From Fibrobacterales bacterium (GTDB lineage: Bacteria; Fibrobacterota; Fibrobacteria; Fibrobacterales; JAOPTW01): DNA of 64,000 bases. The notes under the pieces are model-generated. The model saw nothing but the letters and a program-made list of their open reading frames with translations. It did not search any database and was not told the origin of the DNA. Shown piece after piece: positions 26,096 through 36,287 of the stretch (position 1 is the first letter of the stretch; each line of letters opens with the position of its first letter). The stretch lies in the NCBI GenBank assembly GCA_051532055.1, contig JAOPTX010000036.1:1-64000 (forward strand), written 5' to 3'. The position numbers and the translations under genes were made by a program.

Positions 26096-27210
26096 TCCCA
26101 TATGGAAAACAAAGTATTGATGATGATGATATAGAAGCAGTAGTCTCGGTACTCCGGTCGGATTGGTTGACAACGGGGCCAGCCGTAGAAGCATTCGAAA
26201 GTAGCTTTGCAAAATACGTTGGGGTATCCCATGCTGTAGCATTTTGTAATGGGACGGCTGCGTTACATGCATTATGTTTTGCATGTGACCTTGGTAAAGG
26301 TGATGAAGTTATAACAACACCATTATCATTTGTTGCAACAGCTAATGCTATCGTATATACGGGAGCGACCCCGGTCTTTGTTGATATAGATCCCAATACA
26401 CTTTTGTTAGATCCTAAAAAAATTGAAAAGAGAATTACCCCCCAAACAAAAGCAGTGCTAACTGTGGATTATGCTGGACAGCCATCCTATTATTCAGAGT
26501 TACAATCCATATGTGATAAGCACGGTATTTTACTTTTGGCAGATGCATGCCATGCGGTTGGGGCTGAGTATAATGAAAATAAAGTTGGCTCTTTAGCTGC
26601 TATGTCTGCATTTAGTTTTCACCCTGTTAAGCATATTACTACGGGTGAAGGTGGTATGGTAACCACAGATAGTCTTGAACTTAAAAACAAATTAAAGCAA
26701 TTTAGAAATCATGGTATTGCCACAGACTTCAAAGAACGGGAGAAATCTGGTGTGTGGGAATATGACATGAAAAGTTTGGGGTATAATTATCGGATAACGG
26801 ACCTACAGTGCGCGTTGGGTATGACTCAATTAAAGAAATTAGATGTGTGGATCACAAAAAGAAATCAGATTGCTGAAAAATATAATGAAGCATTTGCAAA
26901 ATGCAGTGACATAGAGGTGATAGAGCAACTTGATTCAATAGTAAATGCATATCATTTGTTTGTGATCAAAGTGAAGAAAGAAAAAAGGAATAGATTAATT
27001 ACAGAGCTGAGAGAGAAAGGCATTGGGGTGAATGTGCATTATAAACCAATATATTTGCATACGTACTATAAAGATACTCTACAAATAAAGGGTAACTGTC
27101 CCGTTGCGGAATCGGTGTATGATGAAATAATTTCAATTCCAATATTTCCACTCTTAACTGAAGCAGAACAAGACTTCATACTATCAACTATTATTCAGTT
27201 ATGTGAATAA
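26092..27210 (+). CDS. pseC: UDP-4-amino-4,6-dideoxy-N-acetyl-altrosamine transaminase
   Basis: MIPYGKQSIDDDDI, WLTTGP, FSFHPVKHITTGEGG, LGYNYRITD; follows pseB. Confidence 0.9.
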   Translation: MIPYGKQSIDDDDIEAVVSVLRSDWLTTGPAVEAFESSFAKYVGVSHAVAFCNGTAALHALCFACDLGKGDEVITTPLSFVATANAIVYTGATPVFVDIDPNTLLLDPKKIEKRITPQTKAVLTVDYAGQPSYYSELQSICDKHGILLLADACHAVGAEYNENKVGSLAAMSAFSFHPVKHITTGEGGMVTTDSLELKNKLKQFRNHGIATDFKEREKSGVWEYDMKSLGYNYRITDLQCALGMTQLKKLDVWITKRNQIAEKYNEAFAKCSDIEVIEQLDSIVNAYHLFVIKVKKEKRNRLITELREKGIGVNVHYKPIYLHTYYKDTLQIKGNCPVAESVYDEIISIPIFPLLTEAEQDFILSTIIQLCE

Positions 27211-27225
27211 TAGTGGAGATACAAT

Positions 27226-28032
27226 ATGACTGCTGTTGCAATAATACAAGTAAGAATGTCTTCAATGAGGCTACCCGGAAAAGTTTTAAAACCAATTAGT
27301 GGTAAGCCAATGATTTGGCACATTTATCAAAGAGCACAACAGTGTGCACTGGTTGATGATGTTGTCATTGCGACCTCTACTGAATGTTCTGATGATGCTT
27401 TGGCAGAGTATTGTAAGGAGACTGGGCTCAATTGCTTTAGAGGAAGTTTAAACAATGTAATGGGGCGGTTTTTAGATGTACGTGCTCTTTACCCCAAAAG
27501 CACCTATTTTGTGAGAATTACTGGTGATTGCCCTTTTATTGACCCTGTTTTTATAGATCAACAAATTACTGCGTTAAAAAAACATGATGGAGATTTTGTA
27601 TGGATTAACTCTCCGCACAGTGTCCTTGAAGGGCAGGGGGTACAGTCGTGGACTTCGTTAGAATATATAGATGAACAATCAAGTACCAGTGAAGACAAAG
27701 AGCACGTAGGGTCAATATATCGATCCGAACATCCCCGTGAATTTAGAATTGTTGCATTTGTCGTACCACAGGAGTTTCAAACAACAGGATTAAGGTTGTC
27801 AGTTGATGAAATGGACGATTATATTTTTGTAAATGAAGTGTACGATACTTTGTGGAGTGGTACTTCAATTGTTAGTTTGTCAGAAACGTTGCAGTGGCTT
27901 GGTGCACATAAAGACATTGTGTCTACTCATGCCCATGTTGAGGAGAGTGCAATCAATAAAAAGGTGTATGGTACATTGAATAAGTGGAATGATATCAAAA
28001 CTGTGGGGGAGTGGCATTATGAAAACACCTGA
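27226..28032 (+). CDS. SpsF/PseF-like cytidylyltransferase
   Basis: IIQVRMSSMRLPGKVL, FRGSLNNV, RITGDCPFIDP, RLSVD. Confidence 0.82.
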   Translation: MTAVAIIQVRMSSMRLPGKVLKPISGKPMIWHIYQRAQQCALVDDVVIATSTECSDDALAEYCKETGLNCFRGSLNNVMGRFLDVRALYPKSTYFVRITGDCPFIDPVFIDQQITALKKHDGDFVWINSPHSVLEGQGVQSWTSLEYIDEQSSTSEDKEHVGSIYRSEHPREFRIVAFVVPQEFQTTGLRLSVDEMDDYIFVNEVYDTLWSGTSIVSLSETLQWLGAHKDIVSTHAHVEESAINKKVYGTLNKWNDIKTVGEWHYENT

Positions 28033-28792
28033 AATAGGTCTCAAGCTGTGGTCAACTAATACAGATATATATTTAGAAGAGACCATTCGACTTTTTGATG
28101 AGAAGGTTATAGATTATGTTGAATTGTATTGTGTGCCGGGGAGTATGGACTCAATTAACTATTGGAGAAACGCTCCTTTTCCACTGATAATTCATGCCGC
28201 TCATTCAATGCATAAATTTAATTTAAGCGATGTAAAAAGTAAAAAATTTAATGAAAATATTTTTAGAGAAAGTGTTGCTTATTTTAATGAATTGGGAGCG
28301 CAGAGAATAATTGTACATCCAGGAGTATTTGGAAAGATAGGAGAAACAATAACTCAATTAGGGGCACTGATTCAAAAGTTTGACTTGAACTGTGATGATG
28401 TTGTGGTAGAAAATAAACCCATGGTGACGTTGGCTGATGAGCCGTGTGTTGGGTCAACTCCGAGCGAACTCGTTGAACTGACAAAGGCATTAGGAGTAGA
28501 TATTGTTTTAGATGTTACTCATGCAATTAAATATGCTATTGGTGCTCAGCAGTCTTGGCAAAAAGTAGTGGCTCAGTTTATGGAATTACAGCCCAAAATG
28601 TTACATGTGTGTGATGCTCACTTGAATAGTCGGTTTGATGAGCATATGCATATTGGAACGGGTGATTTTGACTTTGATGAAATTTTTTCGATATGTACTG
28701 CACCCCAAATATCTATTGAAACAAATAAAGATTCTACAGAGAGCCTTAATGATTTTGAAGTAGATGTTCGCTTAATTAAAGGATATTTGTAA
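28019..28792 (+). CDS. TIM-barrel metal-dependent protein (xylose isomerase/AP endonuclease 2-like)
   Basis: IHA, IVHPG, VENKP, LDVTH, LHVCD, DEH, SIET ligand pattern. Confidence 0.7.
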   Translation: MKTPEIGLKLWSTNTDIYLEETIRLFDEKVIDYVELYCVPGSMDSINYWRNAPFPLIIHAAHSMHKFNLSDVKSKKFNENIFRESVAYFNELGAQRIIVHPGVFGKIGETITQLGALIQKFDLNCDDVVVENKPMVTLADEPCVGSTPSELVELTKALGVDIVLDVTHAIKYAIGAQQSWQKVVAQFMELQPKMLHVCDAHLNSRFDEHMHIGTGDFDFDEIFSICTAPQISIETNKDSTESLNDFEVDVRLIKGYL

Positions 28793-28795
28793 AAT

Positions 28796-29671
28796 ATGGC
28801 CAAGTTTGTATCCGAGGTATCGAGTAATCATGGGCAAAGCTTAAAGAGATGCTTTGACTTTATAGATGCGTCATCTAAGATTGGATGTGACGCCGTCAAA
28901 TTCCAACTATTTAAAGTAGATGAGCTTTTTTCAAGGGAAATTTTAAGTAAAAGTAAAGCACATCGGGATAGGGCGCAATGGGAATTACCCGTCTCGTTTT
29001 TAGGCGAGTTATCACAGTATATTAATGAAAAAAAGATGGATTTTTCCTGTACCCCCTTTTACTTAAAGGCAGTTGAGACGTTGTTTCCTTATATTGATTT
29101 TTACAAAATTGCTTCTTATGAATTGTTATGGGGTGAGCTACTAAAGGAGTGTGCTCAAACAGGTAAACCCGTTGTGTTGGCAACAGGAATGGCAACTATG
29201 GACGAGGTGAGATCGGGGGTTGAAATGTTGCGGTCATCTGGCTGTGATGATATTACCATACTTCATTGTGTTTCCTCATATCCGGTACCTCCCGAGGATT
29301 GTAATTTAAGGGCTATAGAAACAATTCGGGAAGAATTTAATGTTAAGACAGGTTGGTCGGACCACAGCGTGAATAGAAATGTAATAAATAGGGCTGTAAA
29401 CCGCTTTAATGCTGATATGGTGGAATTTCATCTTGATATTGATGGGCATGGAGCTGAATTTAAATCGGGACATTGTTGGCTGCCAGAAGATATTGGGAGT
29501 ACTATCAGAGGAGTTGTAAATAATGTATCGAAAGAGTGGGACAATGCAGATGGTGATGGTATAAAGAAACCAGTAGTATCAGAAATGAGCGATGTTTTAT
29601 GGCGCGCTGATCCGGTTGATGGCCTTAGACCATTTCGAGAAATAAGAGAATCATTTCTCGGAGAGGGTTAA
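28796..29671 (+). CDS. N-acylneuraminate/pseudaminate synthase family (NeuB/PseI/SpsE), no C-terminal SAF domain
   Basis: SEVSSNHG, DAVKFQ, KIASYE, KPVVLATGMA, LHCVSSYP, GWSDHS. Confidence 0.88.
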   Translation: MAKFVSEVSSNHGQSLKRCFDFIDASSKIGCDAVKFQLFKVDELFSREILSKSKAHRDRAQWELPVSFLGELSQYINEKKMDFSCTPFYLKAVETLFPYIDFYKIASYELLWGELLKECAQTGKPVVLATGMATMDEVRSGVEMLRSSGCDDITILHCVSSYPVPPEDCNLRAIETIREEFNVKTGWSDHSVNRNVINRAVNRFNADMVEFHLDIDGHGAEFKSGHCWLPEDIGSTIRGVVNNVSKEWDNADGDGIKKPVVSEMSDVLWRADPVDGLRPFREIRESFLGEG

Positions 29672-29674
29672 ACT

Positions 29675-30280
29675 ATGGATTTAAAAATAAACTATTCGAG
29701 CGCACACAAAAAATATGAAAAGAAGAGCCTTTATTTAAATGGGCGCTTATTCAATACCTACAATCGAATTATTAGGCGCTTATTTAATAAAACTCTTACG
29801 GGAGTACATGTTGATTTAGGGTGTGGGGATGGATGTTTTTCTCAGGTATGTATTGAAAATGGAGTGAAATCTTTTTCTTATGATTACCCAGAGTTTGATT
29901 TAGAGAATGGCAGCCTAGAGCATAAAGATGAATCGATTGATTTTATAACAATGAATGCAGTTTTTGAGCATATAAAAAATCCTGACACTATTTTAGGTGA
30001 AGTGACGAGAGTACTCAATATAGGTGGGTATCTGTTTATTAGAACACCTAATTGGAAAATGGACTTTAAAAACTTTTATAACGACCCAACTCACGTTAAT
30101 CCATACTCTCCTGAGAAGCTGGAAAGAACGTTGAACCTAGCCGGTTTGAAATGTGTTTTTTGTGAACCTGGTTTGATTGAGAAAAAATGGTTTTGGTGGC
30201 AACTACCTAACAGTATTAAGTGGACTATAGCAAAATACATACAAACAAAATCAGTGCTTGTTGTTGGCATAAAAGAGTAA
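29675..30280 (+). CDS. Class I SAM methyltransferase
   Basis: DLGCGDG, VFEHI, TPNW, DPTH. Confidence 0.85.
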   Translation: MDLKINYSSAHKKYEKKSLYLNGRLFNTYNRIIRRLFNKTLTGVHVDLGCGDGCFSQVCIENGVKSFSYDYPEFDLENGSLEHKDESIDFITMNAVFEHIKNPDTILGEVTRVLNIGGYLFIRTPNWKMDFKNFYNDPTHVNPYSPEKLERTLNLAGLKCVFCEPGLIEKKWFWWQLPNSIKWTIAKYIQTKSVLVVGIKE

Positions 30281-30289
30281 GAGGGAAAA

Positions 30290-31495
30290 ATGAAGTTTTT
30301 GATACAGGCAAGTTCAAAAACCTGGGCGGGCTCTCGGGAATATTGTTTATTAGAGCTGGATGGTTTCCCTGCAATTTATTGGACCATTAAAAGAATTTAT
30401 GACAATTTTGAAGAGGCAGAGGTGATGATAATTGCTCCCGAGTATGACGCTGGAGGCATGGATCATTTACGAGTTTATTTTAAAAATTTGAGCATTACCT
30501 ATTCTCATGATGCAAGTCCTCTTTCAAGAATGGTCGATGCCGTTTCAGACCTTTCAGCCGGTGAATATGTAGTGCGCATGAATGCGTTAAACTTTTTGTT
30601 TGATATAGAACTCATACAAAACCTTTATGATCAGGCAGTAACCGACTCACTTGATTGTGTAAAAGCGCCTGATGATTATCCTGTTTATTTTACTGGAGAT
30701 GTATATAGAGTTTCGAGCCTAGAGACTATTAAAAATCACTTAGAGAGTGTGATAGGTAAGGATACACAAAAGCATGAAATTCACCCAAGTTTTTTTGCAA
30801 TGAAATGTACCGAGCTTAAGACACGGTATGTAATGCCTCAAAAAGAAATTAAAGAAGATGAGGTGTCTGTATATAATGCTAAAATGAGTCAGGTTATCTA
30901 TGAAGAGCGTCAGCATGTTAAAGGGGCGGGGAATGCTATCCCGGCTGGTGATCAGCTCTCTTTTCATTATCAACTAGCACTCAATTATTTGCAAGAAACA
31001 AAGCGTGTAAATGGAAAGATTCTTGATATTGCATGTGGGCCTGGATTTGGAATAAAAATGTTATCAGGAAGAGGCTACTCGCTGGTAGGGGCTGACTATG
31101 ACAAAAAAACTATTGAAGACTGTACAAATTTTTATGATCTCGAGGATACTGAGTTTGTAACTGAGGATGTTACAAATATCACCTACGACGATAATGTGTT
31201 TGATGTCGTATTATCGATGGAAACACTGGAACATGTGCGAGATCCTAAGAAAATGTTGTCGGAAATACAACGAGTTTTAAAGCCGAATGGTCTTTTGATT
31301 TTAAGTACACCTCAGAATAGTTACTCTGGAAAACCAATATGCCCAGAGCATATTTATGAATATTCATTACAAGAGTTAACAGAAATGATGGAGCTCTATT
31401 TTAATATTGAGAAGGTAATAGGCCTGAAGGCAGGGACAATATATTTTGATGAAGACCCAATAGGCCAAAACAGTGTGTTTTTTGTGAGTAAATAA
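30290..31495 (+). CDS. Fusion of a degenerate SpsF-like nucleotidyltransferase and a class I SAM methyltransferase
   Basis: N-terminal LIQASS...PLSRM...VRMNA resembles SpsF; C-terminal LDIACGPG, ETLEH, RVLKPNG, STP. Confidence 0.7.
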   Translation: MKFLIQASSKTWAGSREYCLLELDGFPAIYWTIKRIYDNFEEAEVMIIAPEYDAGGMDHLRVYFKNLSITYSHDASPLSRMVDAVSDLSAGEYVVRMNALNFLFDIELIQNLYDQAVTDSLDCVKAPDDYPVYFTGDVYRVSSLETIKNHLESVIGKDTQKHEIHPSFFAMKCTELKTRYVMPQKEIKEDEVSVYNAKMSQVIYEERQHVKGAGNAIPAGDQLSFHYQLALNYLQETKRVNGKILDIACGPGFGIKMLSGRGYSLVGADYDKKTIEDCTNFYDLEDTEFVTEDVTNITYDDNVFDVVLSMETLEHVRDPKKMLSEIQRVLKPNGLLILSTPQNSYSGKPICPEHIYEYSLQELTEMMELYFNIEKVIGLKAGTIYFDEDPIGQNSVFFVSK

Positions 31496-31525
31496 AAAAG
31501 ACACTTTCAAAAAGGTTGGAAAATA

Positions 31526-32605
31526 ATGATAGAAAAAGAATCGAGTAACTATTTTACTCATTTTATCGCAGAAGCACGTGAACGACAGGTTGTTATATTT
31601 GGTGCTTCGTCGGCAGGGGTGACTGCTGAGAGATGGCTTAGAAATAATGATATAAGTGTGGTGGGTTTTTCTGATAATGATCAAAAAAAGTGGGCAACTA
31701 CTTTTCTGAATAAACCCGTTTTATCACCCGATGAGATGATTGGAAAAATTAGAAATGGTGCTGGATTTGTTGTTTTGATTGCAAGCGATTTTTCAAGAGA
31801 AATTAGACCACAATTAGATGCTGTTATTAAGGATAGCGTGTATCATCTTTCGAAGTTTGGTGGGTTTGACAATGTGCTGTATGATCCTAAACCGATAATT
31901 AACAATGAAGAATCTATTGGTAAATTACGCTTATTGGTCGATGATGATCGGTCAAGAGAGGTGATACAAAATATTCTTGACTATAGAATGAAAGGTGAAA
32001 TCACTAAACTAGATAAGATATATGATAAAGAAATATTTAAAAAGGATTTTTTAACACTATCAGAGACTGAAGTTATTCTTGATGCGGGAGCATATGATGG
32101 GGATTCTATTTTCACTATAGACACAGAGCTGGAAGGGGTTTTCAAAAAAATATATGCTTTTGAGCCAGATCCAGAAAATTATAAAAAGCTTCAGAATATG
32201 GTCGTTGGCACTTCGATTGCGGAAAAAGTAGAGCTGGTGCAATTAGGGCTGTATGATGAAAATACAACACTTGCTTTTTCATCTGATGGTACGACTGAGT
32301 CTTCAGTCAAAGAGGATGGCGATATAAAAGTTGAGGTGACCAGACTTGATGATTTTAAAGATGCTGCTGATATTACCTATATCAAAATGGACATCGAAGG
32401 TTCTGAAATGGCAGCATTAAAAGGGGCAAAAGAAACAATAATTGCTCATAAGCCAAAGCTTGCAATATGTATTTATCATAAGGCTAAAGACCTATGGGAA
32501 ATACCTTTTTATATCAAAGAACTTGTACCTGACTACTCAATATTTATTAGACATAACACCTGTGAAATATATGATACTATGTGTTATGCAATACCAAAAA
32601 AGTAA
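31526..32605 (+). CDS. FkbM family methyltransferase
   Basis: LDAGAYDGD, YAFEPD, IKMDIEGSE, KPKLAICIYH. Confidence 0.9.
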   Translation: MIEKESSNYFTHFIAEARERQVVIFGASSAGVTAERWLRNNDISVVGFSDNDQKKWATTFLNKPVLSPDEMIGKIRNGAGFVVLIASDFSREIRPQLDAVIKDSVYHLSKFGGFDNVLYDPKPIINNEESIGKLRLLVDDDRSREVIQNILDYRMKGEITKLDKIYDKEIFKKDFLTLSETEVILDAGAYDGDSIFTIDTELEGVFKKIYAFEPDPENYKKLQNMVVGTSIAEKVELVQLGLYDENTTLAFSSDGTTESSVKEDGDIKVEVTRLDDFKDAADITYIKMDIEGSEMAALKGAKETIIAHKPKLAICIYHKAKDLWEIPFYIKELVPDYSIFIRHNTCEIYDTMCYAIPKK

Positions 32606-32618
32606 AGGATTAAGATAG

Positions 32619-34334
32619 ATGACAAATGCAGAGGTGATAGCAAAAACACTTAAAGAGATGGGCATTGAAAAGGTGTATTTGTATCCTGGTGGAACAATAG
32701 CTCCACTATTAGATGAGTTGATAAAAATCGGCGTTGAATATGTGTGTGGAAAAACAGAACAGGGTGCTGGCTACATGGCTTTAGGGGCAGCGAAAGAAAC
32801 AGGGAAGCCTCAGGTTGTTATGGTTACTTCTGGGCCGGGAGTGACCAATTTGACGACAGTTGTTGCTGATGCTTATTATGATTCTATTCCTTTGATTGTG
32901 TTTACAGGACAGGTCAATGTTGCAAGTGTCAATACCGAAAGACGTATTCGTCAAACAGGTTTCCAAGAAATTAATGCTGTTGGTTTGTATAAAGATATTA
33001 CTAAAAAAAGTACCTTAGCTACTCATGATATCAAAATTAGAAAGCTTGTTGTAAATGCATTTATTGAATCGCAAAAGGGAAGGCCAGGTCCGGTACATAT
33101 TGATTTACCTATGGATGTACAAAAAGCTGACGGGTTATTCGAAGAGCTGGATGATGAAATGATACCTGAGTCAGAATGGAGTATGAGCAAGGATCAATGG
33201 AATACACTCATGGATTTACTCAAACGAGCCAAAAGACCACTTATTGCTGTGGGAAATGGAGTCATTCTTGCCGATGCAGTGACAGAGTTTCGAGCAGCTC
33301 TTTCAGACATGCATATTCCGGTAGTATCAAGTTTACCCGCAGTAGGAGTGTTAGCAAAAAATGATGTAGATTGTATTGGAATGGTTGGGCACACTGGTGA
33401 ATACTACGCAAACCTTGCGTTGTATCATGCTGATCTTGTTGTTGGCCTGGGCACTCGACTTGATTTAAGGCAACGTGGGAGTGAAGTTGGCGCGTTTCTT
33501 TCCAATAAAAAAGTTATTAGGATTGATGTGGATTTGGGTGAGTTACTTCACGGAGAAATAGAATCTGAGTTGAACATCGAATGTGATGTGAAAGACTTTT
33601 TAATTGAATTAAAAAACAAATCTATCGATCTGAATAAAACTGTACTGAGTGAGTGGTGTAGTGTTATAAATGGTTGGAAAAAAGAGTATGCTTCTGATCA
33701 ATTTTATAAAAATACATTGCTCACTGAAAAAGTGATTATTGAGTCGATTAGTTCACAAGTGATGAATAGGAAAGTGGTCGTGACAACGGGAGTTGGCTGT
33801 CATCAGCAGTTTGTTGCTCGGTATTTTAATTTTGACCTGCCTCAACGGAAATGGTTCACCTCTGCAGGGCATGGAACAATGGGGTATGACCTCCCAACCA
33901 ATATAGGGGCAGTACTCAATTCCTCTGAGGGCACGATTGGAGTAGTAATTGTGGGAGATGGTTCCTTTCAAATGAATATTCAAGAATTGGCACTGGTAAA
34001 AGAGTTGGACCTACCAATAAAAATTATTGTACTCGATGACAATTCACTGAATCTTGTTGCTCAGTTTCAGAATATGACGTTAGGGAGTGATCCGAGTACG
34101 GGGGGAAAAATAAATCCTGATTTTATGGCTATAGCAGAGGGGTATGGCATTAAGAGTGGTTTTGTTGATTCGTTAGAATCATTATCATCTGGCATCACAC
34201 AGTTGTTTACGGATGACAAACCTGGTTTACTTCATTGTAAGTTAACAGAAAAAGAAGATGTGTTACCCATGCTTTTAGGGGGGCAAAAACTCTCTGAAAT
34301 GTATCCTTTTGAAGGTGAGGTACTCCTTGAGTAG
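32619..34334 (+). CDS. Thiamine pyrophosphate-dependent enzyme (acetolactate synthase-like)
   Basis: YPGG, TSGPGVTN, GRPGPVHIDLPMDVQ, GDGSFQMNIQEL. Confidence 0.9.
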   Translation: MTNAEVIAKTLKEMGIEKVYLYPGGTIAPLLDELIKIGVEYVCGKTEQGAGYMALGAAKETGKPQVVMVTSGPGVTNLTTVVADAYYDSIPLIVFTGQVNVASVNTERRIRQTGFQEINAVGLYKDITKKSTLATHDIKIRKLVVNAFIESQKGRPGPVHIDLPMDVQKADGLFEELDDEMIPESEWSMSKDQWNTLMDLLKRAKRPLIAVGNGVILADAVTEFRAALSDMHIPVVSSLPAVGVLAKNDVDCIGMVGHTGEYYANLALYHADLVVGLGTRLDLRQRGSEVGAFLSNKKVIRIDVDLGELLHGEIESELNIECDVKDFLIELKNKSIDLNKTVLSEWCSVINGWKKEYASDQFYKNTLLTEKVIIESISSQVMNRKVVVTTGVGCHQQFVARYFNFDLPQRKWFTSAGHGTMGYDLPTNIGAVLNSSEGTIGVVIVGDGSFQMNIQELALVKELDLPIKIIVLDDNSLNLVAQFQNMTLGSDPSTGGKINPDFMAIAEGYGIKSGFVDSLESLSSGITQLFTDDKPGLLHCKLTEKEDVLPMLLGGQKLSEMYPFEGEVLLE

Positions 34335-35070
34335 AAAAGTAGCTCTTATAACCGGTGCAAGTCGTGGAATTGGAAAAGCAATTGCTCTTGATTTAGCAAA
34401 GAATAACATCGATGTAATCTTGACGTATTTGAATAATAAAGAGAAGGCACAAGAAGTTGTTGAATCCATCACTCAACAAGGGGGCAGAGCCTGTTCTTAC
34501 CAATTAAATACTGCTGATAGTATTCGCTCTAGGGAACTCAGTGAGGAGCTTATCAGTACATTTGGTCGTATTGATTTTCTGGTAAATAATGCGGGAATGG
34601 CTCAAGAAAAACCATTTTCTGAAATAAGTGATGATGACTGGGATACAATGTTTTCTGTAAATTTAAAAGGGCCTTTTGTGTTGACCCAATCTATTATTCC
34701 AAAAATGATAGAACAAGGATATGGACGAGTGGTAAATGTCGTCTCTATTGGAGGTCAATGGGGTGGCTTTAATCAAGTACATTATGCTGCTTCAAAAGCG
34801 GGATTGATAAACTTTACGCAGTCTATGGCAAAAATATACTCAGGTAAAGGTATTACTATCAATGCGGTTTCACCGGGATTGATTTCTACAGACATGGTTT
34901 CTAAAGAAGTTATATCTGACGCGGGTAAAAAGAAAATAGAAGGCATCCCTATTGGGAGAGTTGGCAGTGTTGATGAGGTTGCTAAGGTTGTTACTTTTTT
35001 ATGTTCAGAGGACGCGTCATATATAACAGGTCAGACTATCAATGTTAATGGAGGAATGTATTTTGGGTAA
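34309..35070 (+). CDS. SDR oxidoreductase (FabG-like)
   Basis: TGASRGIG, NNAG, YAASK, NAVSPG, ITGQTINVNGG. Confidence 0.9.
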   Translation: MKVRYSLSRKVALITGASRGIGKAIALDLAKNNIDVILTYLNNKEKAQEVVESITQQGGRACSYQLNTADSIRSRELSEELISTFGRIDFLVNNAGMAQEKPFSEISDDDWDTMFSVNLKGPFVLTQSIIPKMIEQGYGRVVNVVSIGGQWGGFNQVHYAASKAGLINFTQSMAKIYSGKGITINAVSPGLISTDMVSKEVISDAGKKKIEGIPIGRVGSVDEVAKVVTFLCSEDASYITGQTINVNGGMYFG

Positions 35071-36283
35071 AACACTCCTGATCATAAGTGCAAGTGTTGA
35101 TACGATTCCAGGGATAGTGAAAGCAAAGTCCATGGGCCTTTACGTTGTGGTGAGCGATATGAATTCTGAAGCACCCGGGATCGCTTATGCAGATGATTTT
35201 ATATGCGCAAGTACCTACCATGCAGAAGAAACAGCAGAAAAGGCTTACGCCTATAGCCAAAATGTGAGGAATATTGATGGGGTGATTTGTATCGGTGCCG
35301 ATGTGCCCTATACGGTAGCTGTTACAGCCGCCAAACTTGATTTGCCTTCTATTTCAATTCAATCAGCGTTACTTGCAAGTAATAAAATTAAAATGAAAGA
35401 TGCTCTTAAAGCGAAAGCTATTCCTATTCCGTGGTATAGAGAGATTGACTCAGCAATGGCATTAGAAAAAGAATTGACTGTGAGGCGTACACTCATTGTA
35501 AAGCCTGTAGATAGCAGAGGTGCACGGGGCGTTTTAAAGCTACACTCTGGCGATGATTGTGAGTGGGCGTATCAAGAAGCGTTGTCGTATTCTCCGAGTA
35601 ATAAGGTGATGATTGAAGAATATCTTGAAGGCCCTCAGGTGAGTACAGAGGCTATTATAGTCAATGGAGTCGGATATACTGTAGGCTTTGCTGATAGAAA
35701 CTATGAGTACCTTGAACGCTTTGCGCCCTTTATTATTGAGAATGGTGGCACAATGCCAAGTGTTCTATCAATAGCCGATCAACATTCAATGAGTTCTGTA
35801 GCAATAGAAGCAGGACTTGCTTTGGGAATTGAGAATGGGATAGTAAAAGGGGACATGGTATTGACTATAGGTGGGGCCAAAGTAATTGAGGTTGCTGCTC
35901 GGTTATCAGGAGGAAATTTTTGTACCGATCAGATTCCACTGGGTACAGGTGTGGATTTAGTTGGAAATGCTATCAAACAAGTACTAGGTGAATCAATTAC
36001 TATTTCAGAATTAACACCTCAGTTCCAAAGAAGTGTCGCAATACGGTATTTTCTGCCAGAAAATGGAACGATCAATCAAATATCTGGTGTTAAAGCTGTC
36101 CAAGAGAGACCGAGTACCTATAGCGTTAACATGTTTTTAACCGAAGGAGATGTTGTGGGTAGTGTTAGTAACCATACTACCCGAGCAGGTTATGTGATTT
36201 GCTTTGCCGAAACCAGAGAAGAAGTTCTGCGAGAAATTGATAGTGCAATATCTTCTATTACTATTTCTGTAGATCCTAGGTAA
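35042..36283 (+). CDS. ATP-grasp domain ligase
   Basis: VKPVDSRGARGV, IEEYLEGPQVSTE, IEVAARLSGG; start uncertain. Confidence 0.85.
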   Translation: MLMEECILGKTLLIISASVDTIPGIVKAKSMGLYVVVSDMNSEAPGIAYADDFICASTYHAEETAEKAYAYSQNVRNIDGVICIGADVPYTVAVTAAKLDLPSISIQSALLASNKIKMKDALKAKAIPIPWYREIDSAMALEKELTVRRTLIVKPVDSRGARGVLKLHSGDDCEWAYQEALSYSPSNKVMIEEYLEGPQVSTEAIIVNGVGYTVGFADRNYEYLERFAPFIIENGGTMPSVLSIADQHSMSSVAIEAGLALGIENGIVKGDMVLTIGGAKVIEVAARLSGGNFCTDQIPLGTGVDLVGNAIKQVLGESITISELTPQFQRSVAIRYFLPENGTINQISGVKAVQERPSTYSVNMFLTEGDVVGSVSNHTTRAGYVICFAETREEVLREIDSAISSITISVDPR

Positions 36284-36287
36284 TCGT